From NCBI GenBank assembly GCA_963797095.1, contig CAWCNY010000001.1:448001-512000 (forward strand): a DNA stretch of 64,000 bases, given 5' to 3'. Shown piece after piece: positions 20,959 through 30,728 of the stretch (position 1 is its first letter; each line of letters begins with the position of its first letter). This DNA comes from an uncultured Chloroflexia bacterium (GTDB lineage: Bacteria > Chloroflexota > Chloroflexia > QHBQ01 > JADMIH01). Under the pieces are notes generated by a model. The model searched no databases. It had not been told where the DNA came from and saw only the letters and a program-made list of their open reading frames with translations. The position numbers and the translations under genes were made by a program.

Positions 20959-22113
20959 CTAGACGTTCTGTTCTGCTGGGTCGAGCGGCAAGCGAATGGG
21001 TCGTCCGCCCTGCATAGCAGACATTCTGATAGCCAGTGTTATCTCCTGATCCAGCCTGGCCTGCTGCGCCCCGTAGGTCGGCTCAGTATCCTTACGCACG
21101 GCGTCGACCAGACTCATTATGCTGCCCGCGATGCCGATCTCATCGTCATGCCACTGCTGGTTGCGTTTCTTCTGCATGGTAAAGAGTGGATTATCCCAGC
21201 GGACTATAGGGGTTTGGGGGTCGCCGGTGTGGGCGACCATCGCTTCGAGTATTCCGCCGTCTACTCGCTCCCAACGGCGCTCAACACTGATGAAGCGCGG
21301 CCCTTCTCCGCCTGGGGCAAGCAAACTGAGCCACTCCTGCACTTCCAGGCCCCGGCCCACCGTTATGCCCATGCCCCTTTCTGCCAGGAAACGGCTACTG
21401 CGCCACCACCGGAGGGCGGAGTCGTAACCCACATCGGTCCAGTGGAAAATGCCGAGCCGGCCGTCCTCATACTCGATGAGACCATGTTCTTGGGTCTCGG
21501 TTCTTGGGCCTCTGCTGTTATCAAGTTTTGACCAATGAGGCGCCAAATCGTAAGAGTGGACGGAGCCTGTCACCTGCGCTGGCCGCGCGTCGAACCCCAG
21601 GTAGCTCCGCATCACGCTCACCCCATGGTAACCGTGGCCTGCGAAGTCGTTGAACGAGGAATAAACGCGGCCGAAAAGCCCCGACTCGATCAACTTAAGC
21701 TTTATCTGCTCGAGCGGGCGGCGGTGAAACTGCTCGTCGACCTCGATCTTGAGCCTCTGCCGCGCTGCGCACTCGATGATAGCGTCGGCCTCGCTCAACT
21801 TATGTGCTATCGGCGTAGCCAGCAATACGTGAAGGCCATGCTCGACCGCCATCAGGCCGACCTGTCCGTTAGCCATGTGGGTCACCGATACAACAGCCAT
21901 GGTAGGCTGCGTCTCCCGTACAAGAGCATCCAGATCCGTGTAGAAAGGAACGCCCAAAACCTGTCCCAGACGTGAGGCAGACTCCTCCCTGCGGCCCCAG
22001 ACCGAGACAAGCTTAACTTCGCCGGGCAACGCCTTGAGGATCGGCCCGTAGACGTTCGCTGATCTCGGGGTCGCCCCGAGGAGCGTCACTCTTATTGGTT
22101 GGTTCTTAGGCAT
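20959..22113 (-). CDS. Gfo/Idh/MocA-family oxidoreductase
   Basis: Rossmann N-terminus; 'HVLLATPIA' in place of the EKP motif. Confidence 0.8.
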   Translation of the reverse strand: MPKNQPIRVTLLGATPRSANVYGPILKALPGEVKLVSVWGRREESASRLGQVLGVPFYTDLDALVRETQPTMAVVSVTHMANGQVGLMAVEHGLHVLLATPIAHKLSEADAIIECAARQRLKIEVDEQFHRRPLEQIKLKLIESGLFGRVYSSFNDFAGHGYHGVSVMRSYLGFDARPAQVTGSVHSYDLAPHWSKLDNSRGPRTETQEHGLIEYEDGRLGIFHWTDVGYDSALRWWRSSRFLAERGMGITVGRGLEVQEWLSLLAPGGEGPRFISVERRWERVDGGILEAMVAHTGDPQTPIVRWDNPLFTMQKKRNQQWHDDEIGIAGSIMSLVDAVRKDTEPTYGAQQARLDQEITLAIRMSAMQGGRPIRLPLDPAEQNV

Positions 22114-22166
22114 TTACATTCTCCTTCCAGCCACCTAGTTCGTGCAATGACAGGTTCGCGATGCAA

Positions 22167-23033
22167 CTAGGCAGCCAGTAAGCGCTTCATCTCCAGCAGG
22201 TGGTCCAGACCGATAGCCAGCTCCGCGTCCAGCGTGGCGGCAGGGATGTTGCCCTCCCGTGCGTCATACGGCGCCTTGCCTTTGGGGAGCGGCTCCAGAG
22301 AGATCCCGCCCTCAAAGTCGATGTCATGCAGAGCCCGCACGATCTCTTTCCAATGCATTGTGCCTATGCCCGGCGCCTGGCGGGTATTGTCCGCAACGTG
22401 CAAATGCTGGAACCAGTAGTGACCTGCTCGCCTTACGGCGTTCGGAATGCCATCAGCTTCTTCGATCTGCATGTGGAAGGTATCGCCCATAACCCTACAC
22501 GCTGGGTGATCAATCCGTTTTGCCAGATCTATAGCATCCTCTACGCTGTTGACGAGCCCGACCTCGTAGCGGTTGATAGGCTCAATTGTCAGGAGTATAT
22601 TCGCCTGCCCGGCGTACTCCGCCGCTCGCCGCATCGGCTCGATCGCGGTGTCAAGGTCCACCTCCTTCGAGACCAACGGCACTGGCTTACCTACTAGGCT
22701 CGGCACTATCAGGACGCTGCGCGCCCCCACAGCAGCTGCCAGATCGACACAAGCCTTTGCGTAATCCACGGCCTTCTCGCGCTCGCCTGAATCGGGGTGG
22801 GAGAAGAGCCGCAGGTCATTCGGAGCAGGGCCGGGGTGCATGCCACATATGGACTGGACTGTCAGCCCAGCGTCTTTAACCAGTTCATTGACACTGTTAC
22901 CGTTGTAGATAGCAGGCTCGCCGACAAGTTCGATGCCATGGAAGCCGATGGACGCTGCGCGGCTCACTACCTCGGGCAGCGGGCAGGCACCAAATATCCA
23001 GGTGTTGACAACTATCTTTATGTCGCGATTTAC
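22167..23033 (-). CDS. Sugar phosphate isomerase/epimerase (TIM barrel, ketose 3-epimerase-like)
   Basis: IEPINRYE, MGDTFHMQIEE, HLHVADNTRQAPG; the frame extends upstream of the called GTG (22967) to a GTA behind AGGAGG. Confidence 0.85.
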   Translation of the reverse strand, partial: VNRDIKIVVNTWIFGACPLPEVVSRAASIGFHGIELVGEPAIYNGNSVNELVKDAGLTVQSICGMHPGPAPNDLRLFSHPDSGEREKAVDYAKACVDLAAAVGARSVLIVPSLVGKPVPLVSKEVDLDTAIEPMRRAAEYAGQANILLTIEPINRYEVGLVNSVEDAIDLAKRIDHPACRVMGDTFHMQIEEADGIPNAVRRAGHYWFQHLHVADNTRQAPGIGTMHWKEIVRALHDIDFEGGISLEPLPKGKAPYDAREGNIPAATLDAELAIGLDHLLEMKRLLAA

Positions 23034-23072
23034 GGAAACCTCCTTTCCGAGGTCACTCTTATTGCTATCAAA

Positions 23073-24302
23073 TTATCCGCCCCAGCCCTGGGCGGTGCCA
23101 ACCCTTTCGGCAGCAGCACGCTCTCCGTACCCGGTACGCGCATACTCCGCAAGGGGATCTTCCGCCCCACCTAACCCCGCTCGCACCCTGGCTGTCAACG
23201 GGCTTACGTCGGTATCGAACGCCTCGCGCAGAACCAGATAGGCTCCGAGTATATCGCCCTCCTCCTGTTGGGTTCTCAGGCGCTCACGGTTCACCAACAG
23301 CGCCTTTGCGTACGCTTGCTGTACAGCCAGGACTGAAAGGATCATGGCTGGAATCTTGGGCTCTATGTTGTGCGACTGGTCAATCATGTACGCGACGCTA
23401 CGCGCTGTTCTTGCCACCAGCGGATCCGTATCCTGTTCGCCACCCGTCAGTTCGTGGAAGATGAGGAAGAGCGCGAACGGGTTGATGCTCCCGACTATTA
23501 GGTCGTCATCGGCATACTGGCGGTCGTTGAAATGGAAGCCGCCGAGCAGACCTTCGGCGAGGAGCCCGGCCACTATGGCAGCCACGTTTGTCCCTTGTGC
23601 GTGATGCCCTGTGTCCACCAGCACCTGAGCCTGTGGGCCCAGCCCCCGGGCCAGCAGCGCAGCCGTTCCCCAGTCAGCTAGATCCGTGTGCCAGAACGCG
23701 GGCTCAAAGAACTTGTACTCGATGAGCATACGGCTGCCCTCAGGGAGAGCAGCGTAGACCTCCTCTAGAGTCTCGCGAAGGTATTGCCTTCGACGACGGA
23801 TATCGTCCTGCCCCGGGTAGTTCGTCCCGTCGGCGAACCACAGGCTCAAGATATCCGAGCCGGTCTCGCGCATCACTACTATGCAGTCAAGCATGTGCTG
23901 CACGGCCTGCCGCCGAACTCTCGCATCCGGGTGGGTGACACTCCCCAGCTTGTATTCGTCCTCTTGGAAGAGGTTGGGGTTGATTGCACCAATGCTTATC
24001 CCTTCGCGCTCAGCATGGTCGCGAAGTGCTCTGTAGTCATCGACCTGATCCCAGGGAATGTGTAGGGCCACTGTCGGCGCAATTCGCGTGAGCCTTTGCA
24101 CGAGGGCGGCATCTGAGATCTTCTCGAAGGCGGTGCGTGGTACTCCCGGCGCCTTGAACACTTTGAAGCGCGTTCCCGAATTGCCGTAGCCCCACGAGGG
24201 TGTTTCAATGCGTTGCTGTTTCAGCCGGGCCTCAACGCCAGCCACGTCCACCCCACGATCTCTTAGATCCCTGACCAGGCGCTCGTACCTGTTCTCGTCC
24301 AT
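23073..24302 (-). CDS. rhaI: L-rhamnose isomerase (xylose-isomerase-like RhaI type)
   Basis: IETPSWGYGNSGTRFKVF, ALHIPWD, WFADGTNYPGQ, EYKFFEP, DTGHH. Confidence 0.9.
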   Translation of the reverse strand: MDENRYERLVRDLRDRGVDVAGVEARLKQQRIETPSWGYGNSGTRFKVFKAPGVPRTAFEKISDAALVQRLTRIAPTVALHIPWDQVDDYRALRDHAEREGISIGAINPNLFQEDEYKLGSVTHPDARVRRQAVQHMLDCIVVMRETGSDILSLWFADGTNYPGQDDIRRRRQYLRETLEEVYAALPEGSRMLIEYKFFEPAFWHTDLADWGTAALLARGLGPQAQVLVDTGHHAQGTNVAAIVAGLLAEGLLGGFHFNDRQYADDDLIVGSINPFALFLIFHELTGGEQDTDPLVARTARSVAYMIDQSHNIEPKIPAMILSVLAVQQAYAKALLVNRERLRTQQEEGDILGAYLVLREAFDTDVSPLTARVRAGLGGAEDPLAEYARTGYGERAAAERVGTAQGWGG

Positions 24303-24374
24303 GGAACTACTCCCATCAAGCTATTAGCGCGAGTTGCCGACTAGGCAGCTGCGGCCAAACAACACTTCGCCAAC

Positions 24375-25769
24375 TCAATTGCAGGCTGCACTTACGATCT
24401 CAGCGAGGCCCCGCTTCGGCGTGCAATTCTCGAAGGAAAACGACTGCATCATACGGTCGATCTCCTTTTCTCCCATCCCTCTAAACTGCTCCGCGAACGC
24501 GGGCAGAAGCGCCTGTGAGAGTGTCTCCTGGCATATAGAGCCATAAAGGTTCTCCAGGAGTAGCTCCCACTCCTCGCCCTCTATCTTAATCTCCCGGCGA
24601 ACGGCCGCCGCAAGCGCGTCAATCCGTTGGCTGACGTCTGTCCGCCCTCGTTCGATCCAATAATCGCAGCGCAGGCTGGTCTTGAAGGCTCGCACGCCCC
24701 TCGTCCGCTCCATCCACTCTGAGCGCGGATCGACATTCAGCACGCCCATCGGGCCGATGTCCTTATAGTGCCAGAGCGTCCAGTGGTGTCCTTCTCGATT
24801 CATGATCTCAAGCATATCGGAGAGGACGGCCAGTCCGGCCGAGTCCGTCGCTCCGCCGTTAAAGATGGCTCCGAACTCGCCTGCCCACGCAGGCACCCCG
24901 TTGGAGCGCATGTAGGCAGAGCGCTCCAACAGCACGCCCTCTAGCCAATCGCGACCGCATAGAGTGTCGTCCAACTCGACCGGGTAGCTGCCTGTTTCCA
25001 GGACGGGCTCGGGATAGAAGTGATAGCTGTAGACGGCATTGCCATCAAAGGGCAGCTCAAGCTCGTGGCACCGCTGGGCGTAATGGTTCCCGTCCAGGAA
25101 GATGATGTGATGCCGGTCGATCTCACGAATAGCCTCCGTAGCTCGACGGTAGAATCGGTGCAGCCATGGAAGCTCGCGCTTCGAGGCGACCGGCTCATTC
25201 ATCAGGTTGTATCCCGCGACCGTCGGCTCGTCCTTGAAGTGCGTGGCGAGATCGCGCCAGACCGCGAGAGCCATCCCCTCAAACGCCTCGTAGCTCCAGA
25301 ACAGAGCCTGGCGACCGGGATTGTCGCAATGCCAGCCGGGGCTTTGCCAGCCGGGCAGGGTATGCAAATCCAACACGACGTGCAGGCCATGCTTCCTTGC
25401 CCAGCCAACCAACTGATCCAGACGCTTCAACCCGTCGGCCGTGTACTCGGAGAGCCGCTCGTCCCGTACAAAGTGCCTGTAGTTGAACGCCACCCGGACG
25501 GCAGTCGCGCCCAGCGAGGCGACGTAGTGCAGATCAGCCTCGCTCAGGAAGTAGTCGAGGAACCGGTCAAAGAAGAAGCGTGCCTTCTCCTGTCCAAGCA
25601 CCTCGGCCACGGCCTGCCGCTGCCGGGTTTCGTTGCCCGGGTAGCCGGTGATCGAATTCTCCATGTTGAGCCAGCCGCCGAGACAGACACCCTTGAGCCG
25701 CACGGGGGCATCTTGCTCGTCGACTATCTTACTTCCCTTGACACGCCACCAGATTGGAGTCTGCATCAT
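24375..25769 (-). CDS. GH5 glycoside hydrolase (no signal peptide)
   Basis: LGGWLNME, LDLH, YNLMNEP acid/base, WAGEFG nucleophile. Confidence 0.9.
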   Translation of the reverse strand: MMQTPIWWRVKGSKIVDEQDAPVRLKGVCLGGWLNMENSITGYPGNETRQRQAVAEVLGQEKARFFFDRFLDYFLSEADLHYVASLGATAVRVAFNYRHFVRDERLSEYTADGLKRLDQLVGWARKHGLHVVLDLHTLPGWQSPGWHCDNPGRQALFWSYEAFEGMALAVWRDLATHFKDEPTVAGYNLMNEPVASKRELPWLHRFYRRATEAIREIDRHHIIFLDGNHYAQRCHELELPFDGNAVYSYHFYPEPVLETGSYPVELDDTLCGRDWLEGVLLERSAYMRSNGVPAWAGEFGAIFNGGATDSAGLAVLSDMLEIMNREGHHWTLWHYKDIGPMGVLNVDPRSEWMERTRGVRAFKTSLRCDYWIERGRTDVSQRIDALAAAVRREIKIEGEEWELLLENLYGSICQETLSQALLPAFAEQFRGMGEKEIDRMMQSFSFENCTPKRGLAEIVSAACN

Positions 25770-25780
25770 CTAAGCTGGTC

Positions 25781-26797
25781 CTAAAGCTGAACCGGGCGGC
25801 CGGTGCGAGCCGACTCGAGGATAGCGAGGGCGCTCTTCAGGAGCTCGCGGCTGAGGCTGAGCGGGACGACCGGCTGCGCGCCATCGAGCACACAGGCCTC
25901 CATCGCCTCGACTTCCTTCTCCCATGGGTTGGAAGCCGGTACGACGATCTGCTCTTCGTTCCCGTCCATGTCGGCAAGCCTAATGATGGTGTCGGTACCG
26001 TGCTGGCTGCGCGTGTTCATACCGGGGATTATGGTTTTGTCGAGGCGAATGACACCTTCGCTGCCGATGATTTGAGCGCCCTCCACAAATGGTGAGCGCC
26101 AGCCCGAGTAAATCTGCGCGAATGCGCCGGTGTCAAAGCGCATCTGGCTGGCCGTGATAAGGTCCACTCCGGTCGACCCCATCTCGCTGGTGGCCCACAC
26201 CTCAACGGGCGCTTTCCCGCCCGCCAAGGTGATCGCGAGGCTGTTCGGGTAGACGCCTACGTCCCACAACGAGCCGCCGTGCAGTTCGGCGCTGAGGCGG
26301 ATATTTTCGATTTCGTCGAGCGGCAAATTGTAGCTGAACCAGGCGTTGAACAGGCGCAGTTCGCCGATTCGCCCGTCCTGGATCAGTTGGAGCACCTGGC
26401 GATTCTGTGGGGCATGCAGGGCCATGAAGGCCTCAAAGATGACGACATTGTGCTCGCGCGCCGCGGCCTCTACGGCCTCCATGCCCGCCACCGTCGTGAC
26501 GAGCGGTTTCTCCACAAGCGCGTGTTTGCCGGCCTGTGCAGCCTTGACTGCCCACTCTCCATGCATCGTGTTCGGCACGGGCATATAGACAGCATCGATC
26601 TGAGGGTCCGCTAGGAGCTCATCATAGCTGCCGTATGCTGTTGGGATGCCCTGCTCGTCGGCGAACTTTCGGGCTTTGCCTGGATCTCGGCTAGCGACCG
26701 CCACGAGCTCGCTGCGTGGGGCTTCGCGAAGCGCGAAGATCAGCGCCTCTGTTATTGCCGCAGTCGAAAGAATACCCCAGCGAAGATGTTGTGCCAT
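25781..26797 (-). CDS. Gfo/Idh/MocA-family oxidoreductase
   Basis: WGILSTAAI, HALVEKP, GGSLWDVGVY. Confidence 0.92.
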   Translation of the reverse strand: MAQHLRWGILSTAAITEALIFALREAPRSELVAVASRDPGKARKFADEQGIPTAYGSYDELLADPQIDAVYMPVPNTMHGEWAVKAAQAGKHALVEKPLVTTVAGMEAVEAAAREHNVVIFEAFMALHAPQNRQVLQLIQDGRIGELRLFNAWFSYNLPLDEIENIRLSAELHGGSLWDVGVYPNSLAITLAGGKAPVEVWATSEMGSTGVDLITASQMRFDTGAFAQIYSGWRSPFVEGAQIIGSEGVIRLDKTIIPGMNTRSQHGTDTIIRLADMDGNEEQIVVPASNPWEKEVEAMEACVLDGAQPVVPLSLSRELLKSALAILESARTGRPVQL

Positions 26798-26807
26798 GGT
26801 AGCCTCC

Positions 26808-27854
26808 TTATTTATGCTCTTGCGTGCCGGCAACCGGAACTTTGGCCTGCGCGAAGATGGTGTCCATTTGATCTCGGGGAACGGCCTCTACCCCACTGTA
26901 AAGCATGCAGGCTGCTACTCTATGCTCGTCCGTTCTGAACAAGGGTGGGGGCGCAGGCAAACAGACCGGCATCGCGAACGGACAGCGGTCGGCGAATTTG
27001 CAGCCATGATAGGGCTGGCCGAGGGTGATCGCGGACGAAGGTGCGGGTTCGCCGCCCCACTGCTTCTCCGGGTCGGGCTGTGGGATCGAGTTGATTAGTT
27101 GCTGAGTGTACGGGTGCTTCGGAGAGAGGACGATCTGCTCAACGTCTCCTGCCTCGGCGACCGAGCCGTGATACAGCACTATCATATTGTCAGAGAGCTG
27201 GAAAGCGGTCGCCAGGTCGTGGGTAATGTATAAGATAGATATGCCGAACTCCTTGTTCAGCTGCTGCAAGTTGCCCAGGATCGTCGCTCTTAGCGAGGCG
27301 TCGACCATGGAAACGGGCTCGTCGGCTATTATCAGCTTGGGCCGGATGAGAAGGGCGCGGGCGATGGCAACCCTCTGCCTCTGCCCGCCACTCAGTTGGT
27401 GCGGGTAGCGGCCGAGGGTCTCACTTGGATCAAGGCCGACGGTTGTCAGCACCGTTTCTATCAACTTCGTGCGTTCGGCCCGCGACGCCGCAAGCTTGAA
27501 CTTGTCGATAGCGACGGTGAGGAGGTGGTCGACCCTGTAGAAGGGGTTGTAAACTTCGAAGGGGTCCTGAAAGATGATCTGCACGTCCCGCCGGAACTGC
27601 TGCCGCTCGGCAGAGGTGAGGCGCTGCAGGCTCTTGCCCATGTACAGCACATCACCTGACGTGGGTGCGATCAGCCCCAGGAAAAGGCGAGCCACCGTGG
27701 TCTTGCCGCTACCACTCTCACCGACTAGAGCGGTGATGGAAGGTGGCTGCCCCTCGATAGTGAGCGAGAAGTCCTCGATAGCGTAGTTGGTGTTCTTGCT
27801 CGACACTCTGCCAAAGGCTTTGGTGACGTCGCGGGCCTGCAAGAGTGGTGGCAT
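26808..27854 (-). CDS. ABC ATP-binding protein (OppF-like)
   Basis: GESGSGKTT, LSGGQRQR, IIADEP, C-terminal Cys cluster. Confidence 0.95.
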   Translation of the reverse strand: MPPLLQARDVTKAFGRVSSKNTNYAIEDFSLTIEGQPPSITALVGESGSGKTTVARLFLGLIAPTSGDVLYMGKSLQRLTSAERQQFRRDVQIIFQDPFEVYNPFYRVDHLLTVAIDKFKLAASRAERTKLIETVLTTVGLDPSETLGRYPHQLSGGQRQRVAIARALLIRPKLIIADEPVSMVDASLRATILGNLQQLNKEFGISILYITHDLATAFQLSDNMIVLYHGSVAEAGDVEQIVLSPKHPYTQQLINSIPQPDPEKQWGGEPAPSSAITLGQPYHGCKFADRCPFAMPVCLPAPPPLFRTDEHRVAACMLYSGVEAVPRDQMDTIFAQAKVPVAGTQEHK

Positions 27855-28729
27855 CAGGCGCTCTCCCCTACAACCGCCGGTGCCTCTTTCCTCTCAAGAG
27901 AGGGCAAGCTCGAGATCAACATGCGGGTGTAATTGTGCTGCGGCCTGAGCAGCACTGCCTCGACCGAGCCAAGCTCGACTATCTCGCCTGCACGCATGAC
28001 GGCCAACGTGTGGACCGACTGTGCCATCAGCCCCATATCATGCCCGATAAGCAGTACCGCCGCCTGAATCGCCTCTTGAGCGTGGCGTAGCGTCTCGATC
28101 ACTTGCCGCTGGACGATGACATCCAGAGCGCTGGTGGGCTCGTCAGCAATGATCAACTTGGGTCGCATCGATATGCCGATGGCGGTAACCACCCGTTGCT
28201 TCATGCCCCCGCTCAACTCGTGCGGGTACATGTTAGCCACTTGCCGGTTGAGCCCAACGGACTCCAGAAGCTCTTGAACTTTCATTTCCTGCTCACGCCG
28301 CGACAGGTGGACGCCGTGATCCCGCAGCCCGTCGAGTAGTTGAGTGTGGATGCGATTGACGGGATTCAAGGAGTTCATAGCGCCCTGGGCGATAAGCGAC
28401 ACCCCCGCAAGGCGCAACTGCCGCATCTGCTCGTCGCTGATTTTGAGTAGGTTCACCGCTTGCCCGTTACCGTTGGGCCGCGCTCGGCGGTTTAGGAGAC
28501 CAGATGCTCCGTCCAGCCAGATCTCGCCGCCAGTAATCCGGCCGGGCCGCTTGATCAGGCGCAGAATGGCCATAGCGATCGTGGACTTGCCCGAGCCGGA
28601 TTCTCCCACCAGTCCGAAGCGCTCGCCCGGCTGAATATCGAAGCTGACACCATCTACGGCCTTTACCAAGCGATTAGGCGTCGGGTAGTAGACGCGAAGG
28701 TCTTTAACCTGCAGGACGGGTGCGCTCAT
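27854..28729 (-). CDS. ABC ATP-binding protein (OppD-like)
   Basis: GESGSGKST, LSGGMKQR, ADEPTSALD. Confidence 0.95.
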   Translation of the reverse strand: MSAPVLQVKDLRVYYPTPNRLVKAVDGVSFDIQPGERFGLVGESGSGKSTIAMAILRLIKRPGRITGGEIWLDGASGLLNRRARPNGNGQAVNLLKISDEQMRQLRLAGVSLIAQGAMNSLNPVNRIHTQLLDGLRDHGVHLSRREQEMKVQELLESVGLNRQVANMYPHELSGGMKQRVVTAIGISMRPKLIIADEPTSALDVIVQRQVIETLRHAQEAIQAAVLLIGHDMGLMAQSVHTLAVMRAGEIVELGSVEAVLLRPQHNYTRMLISSLPSLERKEAPAVVGESA

Positions 28730-29646
28730 ACTCCCCTCCGCAGGCGTGGGTTTGTTACGTAGTCCATACCCACGGAGAGCAGGTACAGGCCGAGGAAAAG
28801 TATCACGATTACCACTATTGGCGGCGCCCAGACCCACCATGCCCCGTGTAGAAGGGAAGAGTTGTAAATTGCCCAGTAAATGCTCATGCCCAGCGTAGGC
28901 GTACTCAGGGATCCGAGGCCTAGCGCTTCGAGCCCAATCGAAGCGAGCACGGCCTGGGCGATGGAGTTCACAAGGCTGGCCGCGATGAAGGGCAGCAGGT
29001 TGGGCATCATCTCCCGGAAGATTATTTCGGGGCCACCCATTCCCGATAGCCTGGCCACCTGCACATAGGTGCGTTCTCGCATCGAGAGGACCTGCGAACG
29101 CATGCTGCGTGTTGGCCAGAGCCAGGCTGTCGATGCCACGATCAGACCGACTTGCGCTACCGAGAGGCTTCCCCTGACCGATACGGCGATGATGATCAAG
29201 ATGACCAGGCTCGGCACCGTGAGGCCGACGTCGACCATCGTGCGTATGAAAGCATCGACGAACCCGCGATAGTAGCCTGCAACAAAGGCCAGGATCGTGC
29301 CCGCACCGGTGCCGATAACTCCGGCAATTAAGCCGATCTGCAGAGTGAGCGGCGTGCCCGCAATCATCATCGCCAGGACGTCACGCCCCTGTAAGTCGGT
29401 GCCCAGCGGATATTCGGCCGAGGGGGAGAGGTCGGTCGGCACGGAGAGGGGTGAAGCCTTGTCGGTTCCATAGGTGAGAGCCCCGATCACGGCAAATAGC
29501 ACCAGAGCGAGGAGAAGGAGCAGCCCAAAGGTGAGCGCGGGGGTGCGGCGCATGTACTTCGCTGTGAGCGAGAGCACTCTCCATTGCGGTGCGAGCGCCC
29601 TGGATGTGTAGCCGGGTTGTTCGGGTGCTGCGGTAGCGTTGGCCAT
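28726..29646 (-). CDS. ABC permease (OppC-like)
   Basis: PLGTDLQGRD, TM helices, NPRLR. Confidence 0.93.
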   Translation of the reverse strand: MANATAAPEQPGYTSRALAPQWRVLSLTAKYMRRTPALTFGLLLLLALVLFAVIGALTYGTDKASPLSVPTDLSPSAEYPLGTDLQGRDVLAMMIAGTPLTLQIGLIAGVIGTGAGTILAFVAGYYRGFVDAFIRTMVDVGLTVPSLVILIIIAVSVRGSLSVAQVGLIVASTAWLWPTRSMRSQVLSMRERTYVQVARLSGMGGPEIIFREMMPNLLPFIAASLVNSIAQAVLASIGLEALGLGSLSTPTLGMSIYWAIYNSSLLHGAWWVWAPPIVVIVILFLGLYLLSVGMDYVTNPRLRRGV

Positions 29647-30650
29647 TAGGCCCTCCCGTAGCGGATGCGCGGGTCAAGTAGAGGCAAGATCAGGTCGAGA
29701 ATCAATGCGCCGAGCGCGATAGCCACCACGACCGTGAAGACTATGCCTTGGATGAGGAAGTAGTCGAAGCCTCGGATGGCATGATAGAGTACCGACCCGA
29801 TCCCTGGGTAGCCGAAGATGACCTCAACAAGCACCGATCCGGACAGAATGTAGCCTAGTGAGAGGACGAGGGAGGTGGTTTGGGGCAGGATGGCGTTGCG
29901 CATACCGTAGCGGAAGAAGAGCGTCCTCTGCTTCAGCCCCTTGGCTTCCGCTAGCACCATGTAGTCCTCGCCCTGCACCGTGAGCATCATCCCGCGCATC
30001 GAAAGCGCCCAGAAGCCCAGCCCGGATAAGACTATTGACGCCGCAGGGAGGATCCCGTGCTGGAGCACGTCCAGAATGAAGGGCCAAGACCACTGCTTGA
30101 CCATCGTGGGCGAGTAACCCCCAAAGAGGGGCAGTATCTGAGAACGAAACGCAAAGAGGTAAACGAGTATGAGGCCTAGCAAATAGTAGGGAATGGCGGA
30201 CAGGATGACAAAGGGCGTATTCAGAGCCTGAGCAAAGCGCGGTGCGCGCTCCCAGGCGACGAATGCTCCCAGTAAGCTGCCGAGAACGAACATGAGAATG
30301 GTGGACAACCCGAGGAGCCCGATAGTCCAGGGGATGGAATCTGTGAGTATCTGTGTTACCTTGGCAGGGTAGTCGCTGATAGAGTAGTTGAAGTTGAACT
30401 GGCTGACATCGCCAAGGTAGGTGAGGTATTGCTTCCACAGTGGCTGATCGAGGCCGAACTTGCGGTTGTATTCGGCGACCATCTCCTGCATGCCGGTCTC
30501 GACGGAGCCGCCGCTGACGGCGCGCTCCATCAGCCTCTGTTCGATAGGATTTTGCCCGGACAGGCGTGGGATGAAGAAGTTGATAGTCGCCGCTACCCAG
30601 ACAGTAAGCAGAAATAAGCCAAAGCGGCGCGCCACGTAACTCCAGGACAT
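29646..30650 (-). CDS. ABC permease (OppB-like)
   Basis: FGLDQPLWKQY, AEAKGL, RNAILPQ, LDPRIR. Confidence 0.93.
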   Translation of the reverse strand: MSWSYVARRFGLFLLTVWVAATINFFIPRLSGQNPIEQRLMERAVSGGSVETGMQEMVAEYNRKFGLDQPLWKQYLTYLGDVSQFNFNYSISDYPAKVTQILTDSIPWTIGLLGLSTILMFVLGSLLGAFVAWERAPRFAQALNTPFVILSAIPYYLLGLILVYLFAFRSQILPLFGGYSPTMVKQWSWPFILDVLQHGILPAASIVLSGLGFWALSMRGMMLTVQGEDYMVLAEAKGLKQRTLFFRYGMRNAILPQTTSLVLSLGYILSGSVLVEVIFGYPGIGSVLYHAIRGFDYFLIQGIVFTVVVAIALGALILDLILPLLDPRIRYGRA

Positions 30651-30678
30651 TGGGTACTCCAGGTTCTAAGGGGGCATG

Positions 30679-30707
30679 GGGGAGTTGAGCGCGCGGCTCA
30701 ACTCCCC
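30679..30707 (-). terminator. GC-rich hairpin between SBP and permease genes (stabiliser or partial terminator)
   Basis: 12-bp perfect stem GGGGAGTTGAGC / GCTCAACTCCCC with a 5-nt loop. Confidence 0.6.
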
Positions 30708-30728
30708 AGCACGGTTTGGTCCGTCTAG

